Assembly (NCBI GenBank): GCA_965205975.1
Contig: OZ242195.1
Coordinates: forward strand, 3,776,001-3,840,000
Direction: 5' to 3'
DNA length: 64,000 nt
Source: Candidatus Latescibacterota bacterium
GTDB lineage: Bacteria; Latescibacterota; UBA2968
Part shown: one piece after another, positions 63,635 through 64,000 of the stretch
Layout: every line of letters begins with the position of its first letter
Position numbering within the stretch: the first letter of the stretch is position 1
Position numbers and translations under genes: made by a program
Notes under the pieces: generated by a model
What the model saw: the letters and a program-made list of their open reading frames with translations, nothing else
Databases searched by the model: none
What the model was told of the DNA's origin: nothing

Positions 63635-64000
63635 CTAAGGAGATCCAATGCTAATTTTTCCGTCTTCATTTGTTGCCTGTTGAGAAAGCCATGTGACTAT
63701 TCGTTTAGCGATCTCATCGGCCTTCCCAGATTCCGTCCCAAACCGGATCAAGACGCGTTTACACGCGACCTTGATTCTCGCTTGAATCGGTTCTCGATTT
63801 CTCCAGTCCAAGGCCATATTCGTATCCACTGTAGCAAGCAGTGAGTCAATAAGTTGCTCTTTGCCAACTATGACCCTTGGGTTTACACCTTCTGATGTAA
63901 GGAATGTTTTCAATCCTGAGCGAAGAGTATCGAAGGTGCCATCATATACGGACAGAACTGCCGTGACAGGCCCTACCGCTTTCATGTTATGCTTCAGATA
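63635..64000 (-). CDS. Partial gene ending in an HsdR-C-terminal-like domain
   Basis: Open to window edge; DWRNREPIQARIKVACKRVL resembles HsdR tail [20 protein letters not shown]. Confidence 0.65.
   Translation of the reverse strand, partial: YLKHNMKAVGPVTAVLSVYDGTFDTLRSGLKTFLTSEGVNPRVIVGKEQLIDSLLATVDTNMALDWRNREPIQARIKVACKRVLIRFGTESGKADEIAKRIVTWLSQQATNEDGKISIGSP

Overview
Bacterial chromosomal segment of moderate GC. The FlgD-Ig/T9SS-type 'NFPNPFN' sorting domains, short RpoD-like sigma factor and fused SecDF suggest an FCB-group diderm, possibly Latescibacterota-like (inference only). Bases 1-52.7 kb are mostly housekeeping or catabolic: rnr, NiSOD, CIRCE-groESL, sialidase, pyrD, rlpA, an ABC-2 exporter, hemE-hemH-hemY, glnA, glnD, rho-rpmE-prfA-prmC and secDF. 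This part also holds two paralogous secreted tandem-Cache-like proteins, a readable sigma-54 circuit (kinase, bEBP, enhancer boxes, -24/-12 promoter) driving a PTS-IIA protein and a second sigma-70 factor, and several families of intergenic repeats. Bases 52.7-64 kb are a defence-island-like cargo region of a type I R-M locus. It contains a DUF6978-like gene coupled to an HsdR with an extra DUF1828-like N-terminal domain, an NDT-like/TPR fusion protein, a HEPN-motif gene cleanly split by IS630, a protein ending in an HsdR-like C-terminal domain, and TA/Rpn remnants. All family names come from motif recognition by eye; no searches were run.
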